A stretch of DNA of 59,256 nt from Planctomycetia bacterium (GTDB taxonomy: Bacteria; Planctomycetota; UBA1135; UBA2386). The translations under genes and the position numbers were made by a program. The DNA lies in the NCBI GenBank assembly GCA_005776475.1, contig SXPB01000094.1, positions 1-59,256 on the forward strand. Reading direction: 5' to 3'. Below are positions 48,784 to 57,964 of this stretch, piece by piece; position 1 is the stretch's first letter; each line of letters starts with the position of its first letter. Below the pieces are notes generated by a model. The model was not told the DNA's origin, searched no databases, and was given only the letters and a program-made list of their open reading frames with translations.

Positions 48784-50702
48784 GTTCGTCGTACCCGGCC
48801 GCGAACGCAGCGACGCCGGCGCCGGCGCCGGCCCGGTGGCGATGGCCTGTGCTGGCGGTGGCGTTCGTCGGCGCCTGGCTGGGCGCCAGCCAGCTGGAGT
48901 TCCTGTGCGACGACGCGTTCATCACGTTCCGCTACGTGGCGAATGCGCACGACGGGCATGGGCTGGTGTGGAATCGCGAGCCGTTCTTGCCGGTCGAGGG
49001 CTTCACCGGGTTCTCGTGGGCACTGTGTCTGTGGGCGGCGTGGAGCTGGTTTGGCGTCGAGCCACCCGCCAGTGCCAATGCGATGTCGATGGTGCTCGGA
49101 CTCGTGCAGGTGGCGATCGTCGCTGCGGCGGCGCTGCGGCTGCGGGCGCGCGACGGCGCGCGGCTGCCGGACGGCATCGGCTTGTTGGCACTGTTGGTCG
49201 TCGTCGGCAACCGCACGTTCTTGCAGTGGTTCACCGGTGGGCTCGAAACGGCGTTGTGCAACGTCGGCTTCGTCGGTTGGGTCGTGTGGGCGTTTCGACG
49301 CGAACGCGGCACCGCGCGCTGGCTCATGGTCTGGTCGATGCTCGCGGCGCTCACCGCGCTGACGCGACCCGATGGGCTGCTGCTCGTGCTGGCAACCGCA
49401 GCCGTGGCGATGTTCGAACGGTTGCGCTCCGTGCGCACCACGGCGGGAACGGCGACCGGCCTTGCCCCGCTGCTTGCGGTCGTCGCCCACGTCGGCTGGC
49501 GCCGCGTCTACTACGGCGAATGGCTGCCCAACACCTACCACGCGAAGATCGTCGCGGCGTGGCCTGAGGCGGGGCTGCGCTACCTGGCGACGTTCGTGCT
49601 GGAGCACGGCACCTGGATCGTCGCCGGCGTCGCCGTGGTGTGGCTGGTGGTCGAACACGGGCGCCGCCCGACGTTCTTGTGGCGCGTCAGCATGCAGCAC
49701 ACACCAGCGGTCGCAGCGGTCGCCGCAGTGGTGTTCCACGCGGGCTACTACGTGCTGAAGGTCGGCGGCGACCACTTCGAGTATCGCGTGTTCAGCCAGC
49801 TGGTGCCGTTGTCGGTGCTGGCGACTGCCGCGATGGCGGCGCGCCTTGGCAGCGGGCGCATCGTCATGGTGGCCTTGCTGCTGCTCGGCGCTGGCTCGTC
49901 GGTCGGATGGTTGCACTTCGCTTGGACGCGGGACATGCCCGCGCATGGCTTCGTCGCGATCGCCGAACGCTTGCCGGCCGCGCTGCAACCGCTCGGCCGT
50001 TGGTACGACCGCCAACAAGCGTGGCTGCGCTTCCACAACATCGGGCTGCGTTGTCGCCACCACGCGATGATTCTCGCAGACTTCGCGCGGCCGTTTCCGA
50101 CGCGTCTGTCGCTCGTGGAATCGGCGGATGCGGTGCCGGTGTTCGGCGCCGCTGCGGTCGGCATGGTCGGTTGGAGCCTGCCCGACGTCGCGGTGGTCGA
50201 TCTGCACGGGCTCAACGACTGGGTCGTTGCGCGCACGCCGGTCTACGGTGGCGGCCCGCGCGTGGATCGTTCGTTCTTGACGCCGGTGATCGACGGCGCC
50301 GACGCCGATCGCGACGGTTGGCTCGATCGCGCCGAACTGCGCGCCGCGGTGGCGGCGGTGGCGATTTCGCAGGGAGCCGATCCGGCGGGAAGCCACGGCC
50401 CCAACGTCGGTGCCGAGTTCATGGTCGCCGTGCTGTTCGCGATGCAGGCAAGGCAACGGCCCGATGCGATGACGCGCGACGAAGCGCTCGGCATCGCCGA
50501 CATCATGCTCGGCGCCCGCTCGATGGCGCACGAACGCCATCCGCCGCCAGGGTATCTCGCCGAGCTGTCGCCCAACGTCGTGTTTGCCGACGGCAGCGCG
50601 CGGGCGCTGCCGCGTGCCGTTCCGCTCACCGTGGAACGCGTGCGCGAAGTCGAGCAGAAGTGGCGGCAGAAGGCGCGCGACGGCACCCTGCTGGTGAAGT
50701 GA
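48780..50702 (+). CDS. GT-C membrane glycosyltransferase (AftB-like) with EF-hand insert
   Basis: DDAFITFRY..N...G.GLVWN..PVEGFT, GLET, TRPDG, YYGEWLPNT..AK, GGD, DLHGLND; EF-hand DADRDGWLDRAEL. Confidence 0.8.
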   Translation: MSSSYPAANAATPAPAPARWRWPVLAVAFVGAWLGASQLEFLCDDAFITFRYVANAHDGHGLVWNREPFLPVEGFTGFSWALCLWAAWSWFGVEPPASANAMSMVLGLVQVAIVAAAALRLRARDGARLPDGIGLLALLVVVGNRTFLQWFTGGLETALCNVGFVGWVVWAFRRERGTARWLMVWSMLAALTALTRPDGLLLVLATAAVAMFERLRSVRTTAGTATGLAPLLAVVAHVGWRRVYYGEWLPNTYHAKIVAAWPEAGLRYLATFVLEHGTWIVAGVAVVWLVVEHGRRPTFLWRVSMQHTPAVAAVAAVVFHAGYYVLKVGGDHFEYRVFSQLVPLSVLATAAMAARLGSGRIVMVALLLLGAGSSVGWLHFAWTRDMPAHGFVAIAERLPAALQPLGRWYDRQQAWLRFHNIGLRCRHHAMILADFARPFPTRLSLVESADAVPVFGAAAVGMVGWSLPDVAVVDLHGLNDWVVARTPVYGGGPRVDRSFLTPVIDGADADRDGWLDRAELRAAVAAVAISQGADPAGSHGPNVGAEFMVAVLFAMQARQRPDAMTRDEALGIADIMLGARSMAHERHPPPGYLAELSPNVVFADGSARALPRAVPLTVERVREVEQKWRQKARDGTLLVK

Positions 50703-52532
50703 TCAGCGGTTGGCGGGCACCGTGACGCCGAGCGGGAAGCGGCGTTGTTCGTCGCCCTTCTGCACGACCAGCGTGATCGTCACCGGCACGTCGGCGGCGA
50801 GCGTCCTTGGCAACGGCACGGTCAGTTCGCGCACGATTGCCTCTGTCGAGGCCGCCACCGTCACCGGTGCTTCGAACCAGCGAAGTTCGCCGAGGTTCGC
50901 TTCGGCCCACACCAGCAGTGGCCCATCGGTGTGGAGCACCACGTGCACCGGCAGTTCGGAACCGACGAACGGTCGCGTGCGACCAGGTCGCGCGTAGCCG
51001 ATCGAGACGCCTGGGAACGGTTGCGCCGGCCACTGCGGATCCAGCGCGAAGCGCTCCAGTGAACCGTCGTGCCATTGCGCGACGAACGTGGGCATCGGCA
51101 GCTGTTTGCCCGGGGACGCGGCCGCCGTGGCGAGTTCGTGCAGAACCGTGTGCCACTCGAACGAACTCGACACTGCACCGTTCAGGTCGGTGCCGGCGGG
51201 CGCCGCCAGCTTGAGGAAGGTGAACTCGGTCTGGCCGTTCAGGAAGCCGAACGCGCCATCGTGCACGCCCGGCGCATCGAACACGCGCAGCGGCTGGCGG
51301 GTCGTGCGCGCGATGTCGAGGATGTCCGCGCGCATCCGTTCGTAGTTGGCCGAGACGCGCAACCACGACGTGCGGTTGTGGTCGAGCACCCAGGCGTGCA
51401 GCGCCACCATGCCAGCGAGGACCACCACCAGCAGGCGCCACGGCAGCGTCGCGAGGCCAAGCCCGAACAGCACGCACAGGCCCAGCGCCGGTTCGTAGGT
51501 GTAGCGCACGTTCTCGAGCGTCGGCAGGTGCAGGCTTTCGAGGCCGACGCCGGCGAGATAGCCGAGTCCGAGCAGCAAGGCACCGATCGCCGCCGCCGCG
51601 CGCGCCGCGCGCTGGCGCAGCGCGGCGAACGTGAGCGCGAGCAACACGCCGTGCGCGGCTGCCATCACCCATGCGATCGTTGTGGGAACGAACGTGTGGT
51701 GCGCGGGCGCCAACAGCACCTGCAGCCAGTCGAGGCACGAGGCGGCGTCGATGCGGCTCGCCTTCCAGCCGTAGCCGGTGCCCGTCCCCCACGTGCCGAG
51801 ACCATGGGCACGCCACGCGAGCCAGGCGAAGAGGCCAAGTGCCATCGGCAGGGTGCGCACGACGGCGAGTCGAAAGCCGACACGGTGCCACGCCAGCAGG
51901 CCCGCCAGCGGCAACACGAAGATCGCCGACTCCTTGGTGCCGACCGCCACCACCGCCGCGAACGCTGCGAGCCCCAGGCCGATGCGCCGCTGGCCTGGGC
52001 GTGCGCAACCGAGCGCCACGTCGTGCACGACCAGAGCGACACTGAGCCAGCAGATCGACATCACGTTGGTGCGCGCGGCGATCCAGTGCGTGACCTCGGA
52101 GTGTCCCGGCCAGCCGGCGAACAGCACCGCCGTCGCGAGCCCCGCCAGCGCCGAGCCGGACAGTCGCCGCACCAACAAGGACCACAACACCGCGGTCAGG
52201 CAGTGCATCAGCGAATTGACGACGTGGTAGCCGAACGCGTCGATGCCGAAGAACGGCTGCTCGCAGAAGAACAGCAGGTCGAGGAACGGTCGATAGAGAG
52301 CGACCGCAGGGATCGCGGCGCCGTCGGGCAGCGGCGGCAGCAAGAACATGCTGCCGAACGACACCTGCAGGGCCTCCGGCAAGGGCGCCCCGCTCGGCAT
52401 CACCCCGTGCCGCAGCACGCCCATGCCGACCATCTGGTGGTCGTCGGCAAGCAGCCCGACACCCGTCCACGCCGCCGTTGCGGTCAGCAGGTGCACGAGC
52501 GCGACCAATGCTGCCGTGACGAGGAAAGCCAT
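50703..52532 (-). CDS. GT-C membrane glycosyltransferase (PMT/TMTC-like)
   Basis: ADD, YRP, YHVVN..H, HSEVTHWI..R, KE and RY.Y motifs across many TMs. Confidence 0.75.
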   Translation of the reverse strand: MAFLVTAALVALVHLLTATAAWTGVGLLADDHQMVGMGVLRHGVMPSGAPLPEALQVSFGSMFLLPPLPDGAAIPAVALYRPFLDLLFFCEQPFFGIDAFGYHVVNSLMHCLTAVLWSLLVRRLSGSALAGLATAVLFAGWPGHSEVTHWIAARTNVMSICWLSVALVVHDVALGCARPGQRRIGLGLAAFAAVVAVGTKESAIFVLPLAGLLAWHRVGFRLAVVRTLPMALGLFAWLAWRAHGLGTWGTGTGYGWKASRIDAASCLDWLQVLLAPAHHTFVPTTIAWVMAAAHGVLLALTFAALRQRAARAAAAIGALLLGLGYLAGVGLESLHLPTLENVRYTYEPALGLCVLFGLGLATLPWRLLVVVLAGMVALHAWVLDHNRTSWLRVSANYERMRADILDIARTTRQPLRVFDAPGVHDGAFGFLNGQTEFTFLKLAAPAGTDLNGAVSSSFEWHTVLHELATAAASPGKQLPMPTFVAQWHDGSLERFALDPQWPAQPFPGVSIGYARPGRTRPFVGSELPVHVVLHTDGPLLVWAEANLGELRWFEAPVTVAASTEAIVRELTVPLPRTLAADVPVTITLVVQKGDEQRRFPLGVTVPANR

Positions 52533-52729
52533 GCGCGGTCGCACTCTACGGCGATCGTTGGCGCAACGCACGACACTGAGGGGGAGGCTGCTGGGGCGCC
52601 GACGTCGGGGACGCTGGCGCCGAAGCGGGGAATCGTTCCCATTCCCGAATACTCGGCGCCACACTGCAATTCGGCGTCCCGCCGACGGCATGTCGCCGCC
52701 AGCGCCTACGCCCCACCTCCCTGGAGGTC

Positions 52730-53677
52730 GTGATGTCCGTCCGCTCCCACTTCGGTGCCTTCCTGTTCGCGGCGTGCAGCGCCGCATTTTCCCCCGCCCA
52801 GTCGCTTCCCGAGAACGCGATCGAGACGCTCGAACGCGCGACGACGCGCATCGAGACTGCCGAGACCGAACTTGCGCAGGCCAAGCGCGAGCTGCAGCAG
52901 CTGCGCAAGGCGCTGAGCAAGGCGCATTCGACGCACGAACGCGAGATGGCGGAGCGACACCAGTCGCAGGAACGCGAGCAGCAGGCGCTGCGGCGCGAGA
53001 TGGAGCAGGCCCACCGTGAGGCGGTTCGCGCGGCGGAGCAGGCGGCGCGGGAAGCGCAGCAGCAGCACGAGCAGTCCCATCGCGAGGCGATGCAACAACA
53101 CGAGCAGGCGATGCGCGAAGCGCAGCGGGCGGCGACCCAGGCGCAACGGGATGCCGAGCGACACCTGCGGGACGCGGCCCGCGGCCAAGAGGACCACGGT
53201 CGGTTGCGCGAGCAACTGCTGGAAGAGCTGCAGAAGGCGCAGGTCGAACTCGATGCCGCGTCGCAGGCGCTCGGCGACGAGGCCCCGAAGGCGGCACGGA
53301 CGAGCGTCGCGCGCAGCAAGAACCGGGTGCAGGCGGCGTTGCAGCGGGCGTCGGGTGATGGTGGTCGCTGCGCGCCGCCGCGGCGCGTGATCATGAACAC
53401 GGCCGTCGGGCAGGTCGCGCCGTCGACGGCGCCCGCTGCCGACCCGGCGGCGGCGGCGTGCAGCGCTGCCTGCACGGAAGCGCCGGCGCCTGCCTGCCCC
53501 CCATGCGAAGCGACCCCGGCGACCCCGGCCTGCCCTGCATGCCCCGAGACGCCGGCCTGCACGGCGACGGCTGCCACGGCGCCAACTCCCGCGCCCGCGC
53601 CGACGCCCGCGCCCAAGCCCACTCCGGCGCCGAAGCCGACCAAGCCAGCTCCGGCCGCCCCGCGCCAGATCAACTGA
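52730..53677 (+). CDS. Exported coiled-coil protein with Cys/Pro-rich tail
   Basis: GGAGG RBS; signal peptide (SPA|Q); E/Q/R/H-rich heptads; CSAAC, CPPC, CPAC and PAPTP repeats. Confidence 0.7.
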   Translation: MMSVRSHFGAFLFAACSAAFSPAQSLPENAIETLERATTRIETAETELAQAKRELQQLRKALSKAHSTHEREMAERHQSQEREQQALRREMEQAHREAVRAAEQAAREAQQQHEQSHREAMQQHEQAMREAQRAATQAQRDAERHLRDAARGQEDHGRLREQLLEELQKAQVELDAASQALGDEAPKAARTSVARSKNRVQAALQRASGDGGRCAPPRRVIMNTAVGQVAPSTAPAADPAAAACSAACTEAPAPACPPCEATPATPACPACPETPACTATAATAPTPAPAPTPAPKPTPAPKPTKPAPAAPRQIN

Positions 53678-53742
53678 GCGGCCCGACGCAGCGCTCGGTC
53701 GGATTCTCGAATACCTTCGGTGCCCCTGTGGCACTGAAGGAC

Positions 53743-54285
53743 ATGAGCTCGCTGTTCGCGAACGTGGCATCGGCGCCGCCGCCAGCGGCCACCGTCGAAG
53801 CGACGATCCGCCGGCACCTGCAAGGGGTGTGGCGCTATGTGCGCATGCTCGGTGCCGGCCCGGAACTCGCCGATGACCTGACGCAGGAAGCCTTCGTTGT
53901 CGCCCTGCGGCGTGACGCGACCGGGCTCGAACCGGCGGCGTTGGCGACGTTCTTGCGCCGGACGGCGCGCTTCCTGTTCTTGCGGCATCTGCGCGATCGC
54001 GAGGACGCGGTCCTGCTCGCGGACGCCGTCGATGAGCTGTGGGCCCGCGACTGCGAAGCCGACGACGGCGACGGCATGCTGGCGGCGCTGCGCGCTTGTG
54101 TCGGCGAGTTGCAGGGACGAGCCCGTCTCGCGGTCGAACGCAGCTACGGCCTCGTGGCCGAGCCCGAACGCTCGCGCGTCGAGCTGGCGCGCGAACTCGG
54201 CATGGAACCCAACGGCGTGAAGACGCTGCTGCAGCGCGTGCGCCAGACGTTGCGTGCCTGCGTCGAACGGAGGCAGAAGTCATGA
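53743..54285 (+). CDS. ECF RNA polymerase sigma factor
   Basis: VWRYV..ADDLTQEAF; ELARELGM...VKTLLQRVR; AAGGA RBS. Confidence 0.9.
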   Translation: MSSLFANVASAPPPAATVEATIRRHLQGVWRYVRMLGAGPELADDLTQEAFVVALRRDATGLEPAALATFLRRTARFLFLRHLRDREDAVLLADAVDELWARDCEADDGDGMLAALRACVGELQGRARLAVERSYGLVAEPERSRVELARELGMEPNGVKTLLQRVRQTLRACVERRQKS

Positions 54286-55415
54286 ACCAGGATCCACGAA
54301 CGGACGCGCGCGAGCGCGCCGAGGAGTCGCAGATGGACACGTTGTTGCACGAAGCGGCGGGCTACGGCCCGAGTCCTGCCTTGGTCGATCGCATCCGCTT
54401 CGCGCTGCAGGCGCCCGGGGCGCCGCCGCTCGCGGTTGCCCGGCCGCGCGCGCTGATGCCGGCGCAGTGGTTGTTCGCCGCGGCGCTGGTGGTCGGCGTC
54501 GGTGTGGTGACGGCGGTTGCCTTCATGCGTGGCAGTGAGCAGAAGGCGCTGGCGACGGTGCCGCAGGATCCGGTTCCGGTGCCTACGCCCGTTCCGACGC
54601 CGACTCCCACCCCCACGCCGACTCCCGCGCCGACTCCCGATCCCGCAGCGAAGCAGGAGCCAAAGCCGACCCCCGCACCCGCAGCGAAGCCGGCGTTGGC
54701 CTGGTTCACGTTGATCGCCGACTACTCCGACAACCGCATCCGCGAGTACGACGACAAGGGCAAGCTCACGCTGGAGCTCAACGAGATCTTCGGCGCCTGG
54801 GACGTCGAGCCGCTCGCCAACGGCAACCTGCTGATCACCGAGTTCTCCGTGAGCCGCGTCCAAGAAGTGACGCGCACCGGCAAGCAGGTCTGGGTCTTCG
54901 AAGACTTGAAGAACCCTTACGACGCCGACCGCCTGCCCAACGGCAATACGCTGATCGCGGACACGTTCGGCAGCCGCGTGATCGAGGTGAATGCGAAGGG
55001 CGAGATCGTCTGGACCTTCGACAAGAAAGTTCGTCCGTTCGATGTCGATCGCCTCGCCAACGGCAACACGCTGATCACCGACGTGGTGAAGGAGCGCATC
55101 ATCGAAGTCGACGCGAAGGGGGCGATCGTATGGGAACTTGATGAAATGCCGAACGCGCACGACGCCGATCGATTGGCGAACGGCAACACGCTCGTCACGC
55201 TGCGCAACAAAGGCGTGGTTCGCGAATACGACCCGGACGGCAAGGTCGTTTGGGAGGTCGACGGCCTGTCGTCGCCGAGCGACGCCGACCGCCTGCCCAA
55301 CGGCAACACGCTCGTGGCCGAGAACACGCGCGTGCGCGAGTTCGACAAGGACAAGAAGGTCGTCTGGGAGACTCCTTCGACCTGGGTGGTCGAAGTCAGT
55401 CGCTACCAGCGCTGA
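54282..55415 (+). CDS. Putative anti-sigma factor with Pro/Thr linker and beta-propeller sensor
   Basis: ATGA overlap with the sigma gene; one TM; (PT)n linker; repeats DADRLPNGNTLI..RV.E....G.IVW. Confidence 0.8.
   Translation: MNQDPRTDARERAEESQMDTLLHEAAGYGPSPALVDRIRFALQAPGAPPLAVARPRALMPAQWLFAAALVVGVGVVTAVAFMRGSEQKALATVPQDPVPVPTPVPTPTPTPTPTPAPTPDPAAKQEPKPTPAPAAKPALAWFTLIADYSDNRIREYDDKGKLTLELNEIFGAWDVEPLANGNLLITEFSVSRVQEVTRTGKQVWVFEDLKNPYDADRLPNGNTLIADTFGSRVIEVNAKGEIVWTFDKKVRPFDVDRLANGNTLITDVVKERIIEVDAKGAIVWELDEMPNAHDADRLANGNTLVTLRNKGVVREYDPDGKVVWEVDGLSSPSDADRLPNGNTLVAENTRVREFDKDKKVVWETPSTWVVEVSRYQR
54571..54690 (+). repeat. Coding low-complexity (Pro-Thr/Pro-Ala)n linker
   Basis: Imperfect 6-bp ccgact/cccgcg-type repeats encoding PVPVPTPVPTPTPTPTPTPAPTP. 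Confidence 0.8.
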
Positions 55416-55416
55416 G

Positions 55417-57861
55417 TCACTTCGTCCGGCCCGCCGCCGCGTTCATCGCGTCGAGGAACTTGCCCCAGTTCTCCGTCTGCGCGCCCGGCGTGAAACCGTC
55501 GGGCTGCGCTTCGCCGAGCACCTTGTTGGTCTTCGGATCGAAGACCACGAACGTGGGCATCGCCCGGATCTTGGTGAACTGCTTCTGCAGCTCGCGATTG
55601 CGCGCGAGTTGTTCCTTGGTCAGGTGCTTCTGCAGATCGACGTGCAGACGCGCTTCCACGAACCCCTTCTTCATCGTTCCGGCGACCGCCGGACGCAGGA
55701 AGACGTCGTCTTCCATGGCGCGGCAGTTGATTCAATTGAACCCGGTGAAGTTGTAGAGCAGCAGCTTGTCCTCGGCCTTGGCAACTTCGAGCGCGCGATC
55801 GCCGTCGTCCTTCACGATCGCGTGGTAGGCGCTCTGCTTCGGCTTTCCGTCATTGGTCGCGCCCGAGGCATCCGCCCGCGTCGCCGACAGCGGCGCCGAA
55901 TAGGGCGGCGCGAACGCCGTCATGTAGTAGTCGAGCTTGTAGCCCATCGCGCCGAACAGGAAGTAGGTCGCCACCAGCACGACTGCCATGCCCGTGGCCA
56001 TGCGACCGGCGCCGACGCCTTCGTTGACGGTGCCGGCCTTGCGCAGGATGCCGAACAGGTACATCGCCCACAGCACGAAGATGGCGACGATCAGCAGCAG
56101 GAACAGTTCGCGCGGCAGGGCATTCCAGTCGAGCGCGATGTCGACCATCGACACGAACTTCAGGGTCGCGGCGAGTTCGACGAAGCCGAGCGAGACCTTC
56201 AGCGTCTCCATCCAATCGCCCGAGCGCGGCAGGGATCGCACTTTGCTCGGCATCAGCGACAGCACTACGAATGGTAGAGCCATCGTCAGGCCGAACACGG
56301 CCATGCCGACGGAGACTCGCGTGTAGCCGAGTTCGACAATCTGCGGCAGGATCGTGCCAACGATGGGTGCCGTGCAGGTGAACGACGTGATCACCAGGGC
56401 GGCGCCCATGAAGAACACGCCGGCATAGCCGCCGGTGGAGCTCGCCTTGCCGGCGAGGCTCTGCAAGAACTGCGGCGGCTCCAGCGTGATCCAGCCGAAC
56501 AGCGAGAACGAGAACAGCAAGAACACGATGCCGATCACCGAGTTGGTGGCCCAGTGGTTGGCGATGTCGAGGATGACCGTCGACAGCAGCACGCCCACCA
56601 ACACGAACATCACGATGATCCCGAGCCCATAGGTGATGGCCAGCGACAGAACGTTGCCGCCGCGCTTCTCCGCCTGCTTCGTGAAGAAGCTGAAGGTGAT
56701 CGGGATCATGGGGTAGGTGCACGGCATCGCCAGGGCGAACAGGCCGCCACCGATGCAGGCGAGGATCAGCACCCACCAGTTCATGTACGGGTTCTCTTTC
56801 GTGCCGGTGTCCGCGGACGATTCCCCGGTTCCGTTCGTCGGCTTCGGCGGATCCTGCTTCGGCGTGTCTTGCTTCGGGGGATCCTCCTTCGGCGGCGCAG
56901 CGGGCGCGGCAGTGCGGTCGGCGCGCGCGTCGCCGGCTTCGACCGTGAGCTTCACTTCGAAGTCGAGTTGCGAGGTCGGTTCGCACACCCTGGAGTCGCA
57001 GATCTGGTAGACGAGCGCTCCGGAAACGTCGACGACGCCCGGTTTGGTGGCCGCTGGCACGCGGAACGCCTGCTTCACCTCGAACACCGGCGGCAGCGGG
57101 TAGGTGGTCTTGTTGGCCTTTTCCGTCGGTGTGCCGGGCGGCACGTCCGCCTCGCCGATGCGTTCGAGCACACCAGCGTCGACGTTGTCGGCTGGCAGGC
57201 CGACCGGCGTCTGCTCGGTCTCCAGCGCGCCGTACGCATGCCAGGCGTGGTCGTGCACCGTGACCGTCAGCACCAGCGTCGCCACTTCGCCAGCGCGCGC
57301 CGTTGCCGGCTCGAACTTCGCCGCGATCGTGACCTTCTCGTCGGGAGCGAGCTGCAGGCCGGGCTTGGTCGTGGTCGGCATCGCCGCCGGATCACCGGCA
57401 GTGACGACGAGCTTCGCGGTGAACGCGGCCTTGTCCGGCGGCAGGCAACCGGTGTCGTTGCAGATGCCGTAGTCGAGTTCGCCGGTCACCGTGATCTCGC
57501 CAGCGGCGAGGCCGGCCGGCAGCTTCATCGGCTGCTTGACCTTGAACTGGTTCGGCAGCGGGAACGTCGGCAGGTTGCCGTGCATCTTGCGCATGCCCGG
57601 CGGGATCTGCGGCTCGCCGTCCAGTTCGAGGCCGTTGGCCTTCACGTTCTCGGCCGTCAGGCTGACCGGCGTGTTGGTCTTCTCGAGCGTGCCGTAGGCG
57701 TGCCAGCCTTCGGTGACGTCGCAGGACAGCACCAGCACAACCTTGTCGCCGGGTTTGGCCGTCGCCGGCTCGAATGCCGCGGTCAGGGTGAGGGCTCCGT
57801 CCTGGGCCGCAAGCGGCGCCAGCAGAACGAACAGGAAGGCTGTGAACGTGAGCCAGCGCAT
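55417..57861 (-). CDS. dsbD: DsbD-like protein-disulfide reductase, probable selenoprotein (in-frame TGA at 55732-55734)
   Basis: Two DsbD-alpha domains (GWHAY..ICNDTGC; WHAY..ICDSRVC); TM domain (MPCTYPMIP, SFTCTAP); then NFTGFN-TGA-INCRAME continuing in frame into a thioredoxin domain ending at 55417. Confidence 0.85.
55685..55727 (-). promoter_or_regulatory. Candidate bacterial SECIS hairpin
   Basis: mRNA ACUGCCG-CGC-CAU-GGAAGAC[GAC]GUCUUCC-U-GCG-UC-CGGCGGU. The apical loop starts with G, with 24 nt between it and the UGA. Confidence 0.65.
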
Positions 57862-57964
57862 ACGTGCTTGCATCGGGGGCGGGGATGATACGAGCCCGCC
57901 CCGATTCGGCACGTTGCCGCGGCAACTTGTCAGCAAAAGGCCGCGCCATCGGCCGTTCGGCGCA

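Noticed and set aside
53480-54690. Short tandem repeats as CRISPR or contingency loci
   Set aside because: They are imperfect in-frame repeats encoding Pro/Thr/Ala linkers, with no repeat-spacer pattern and no cas genes.
55417-55716. Separate 99-aa thioredoxin-like ORF starting at MEDDVF
   Set aside because: It has no RBS, its ATG lies inside the hairpin, and it lacks the active site. It is the in-frame continuation of dsbD.
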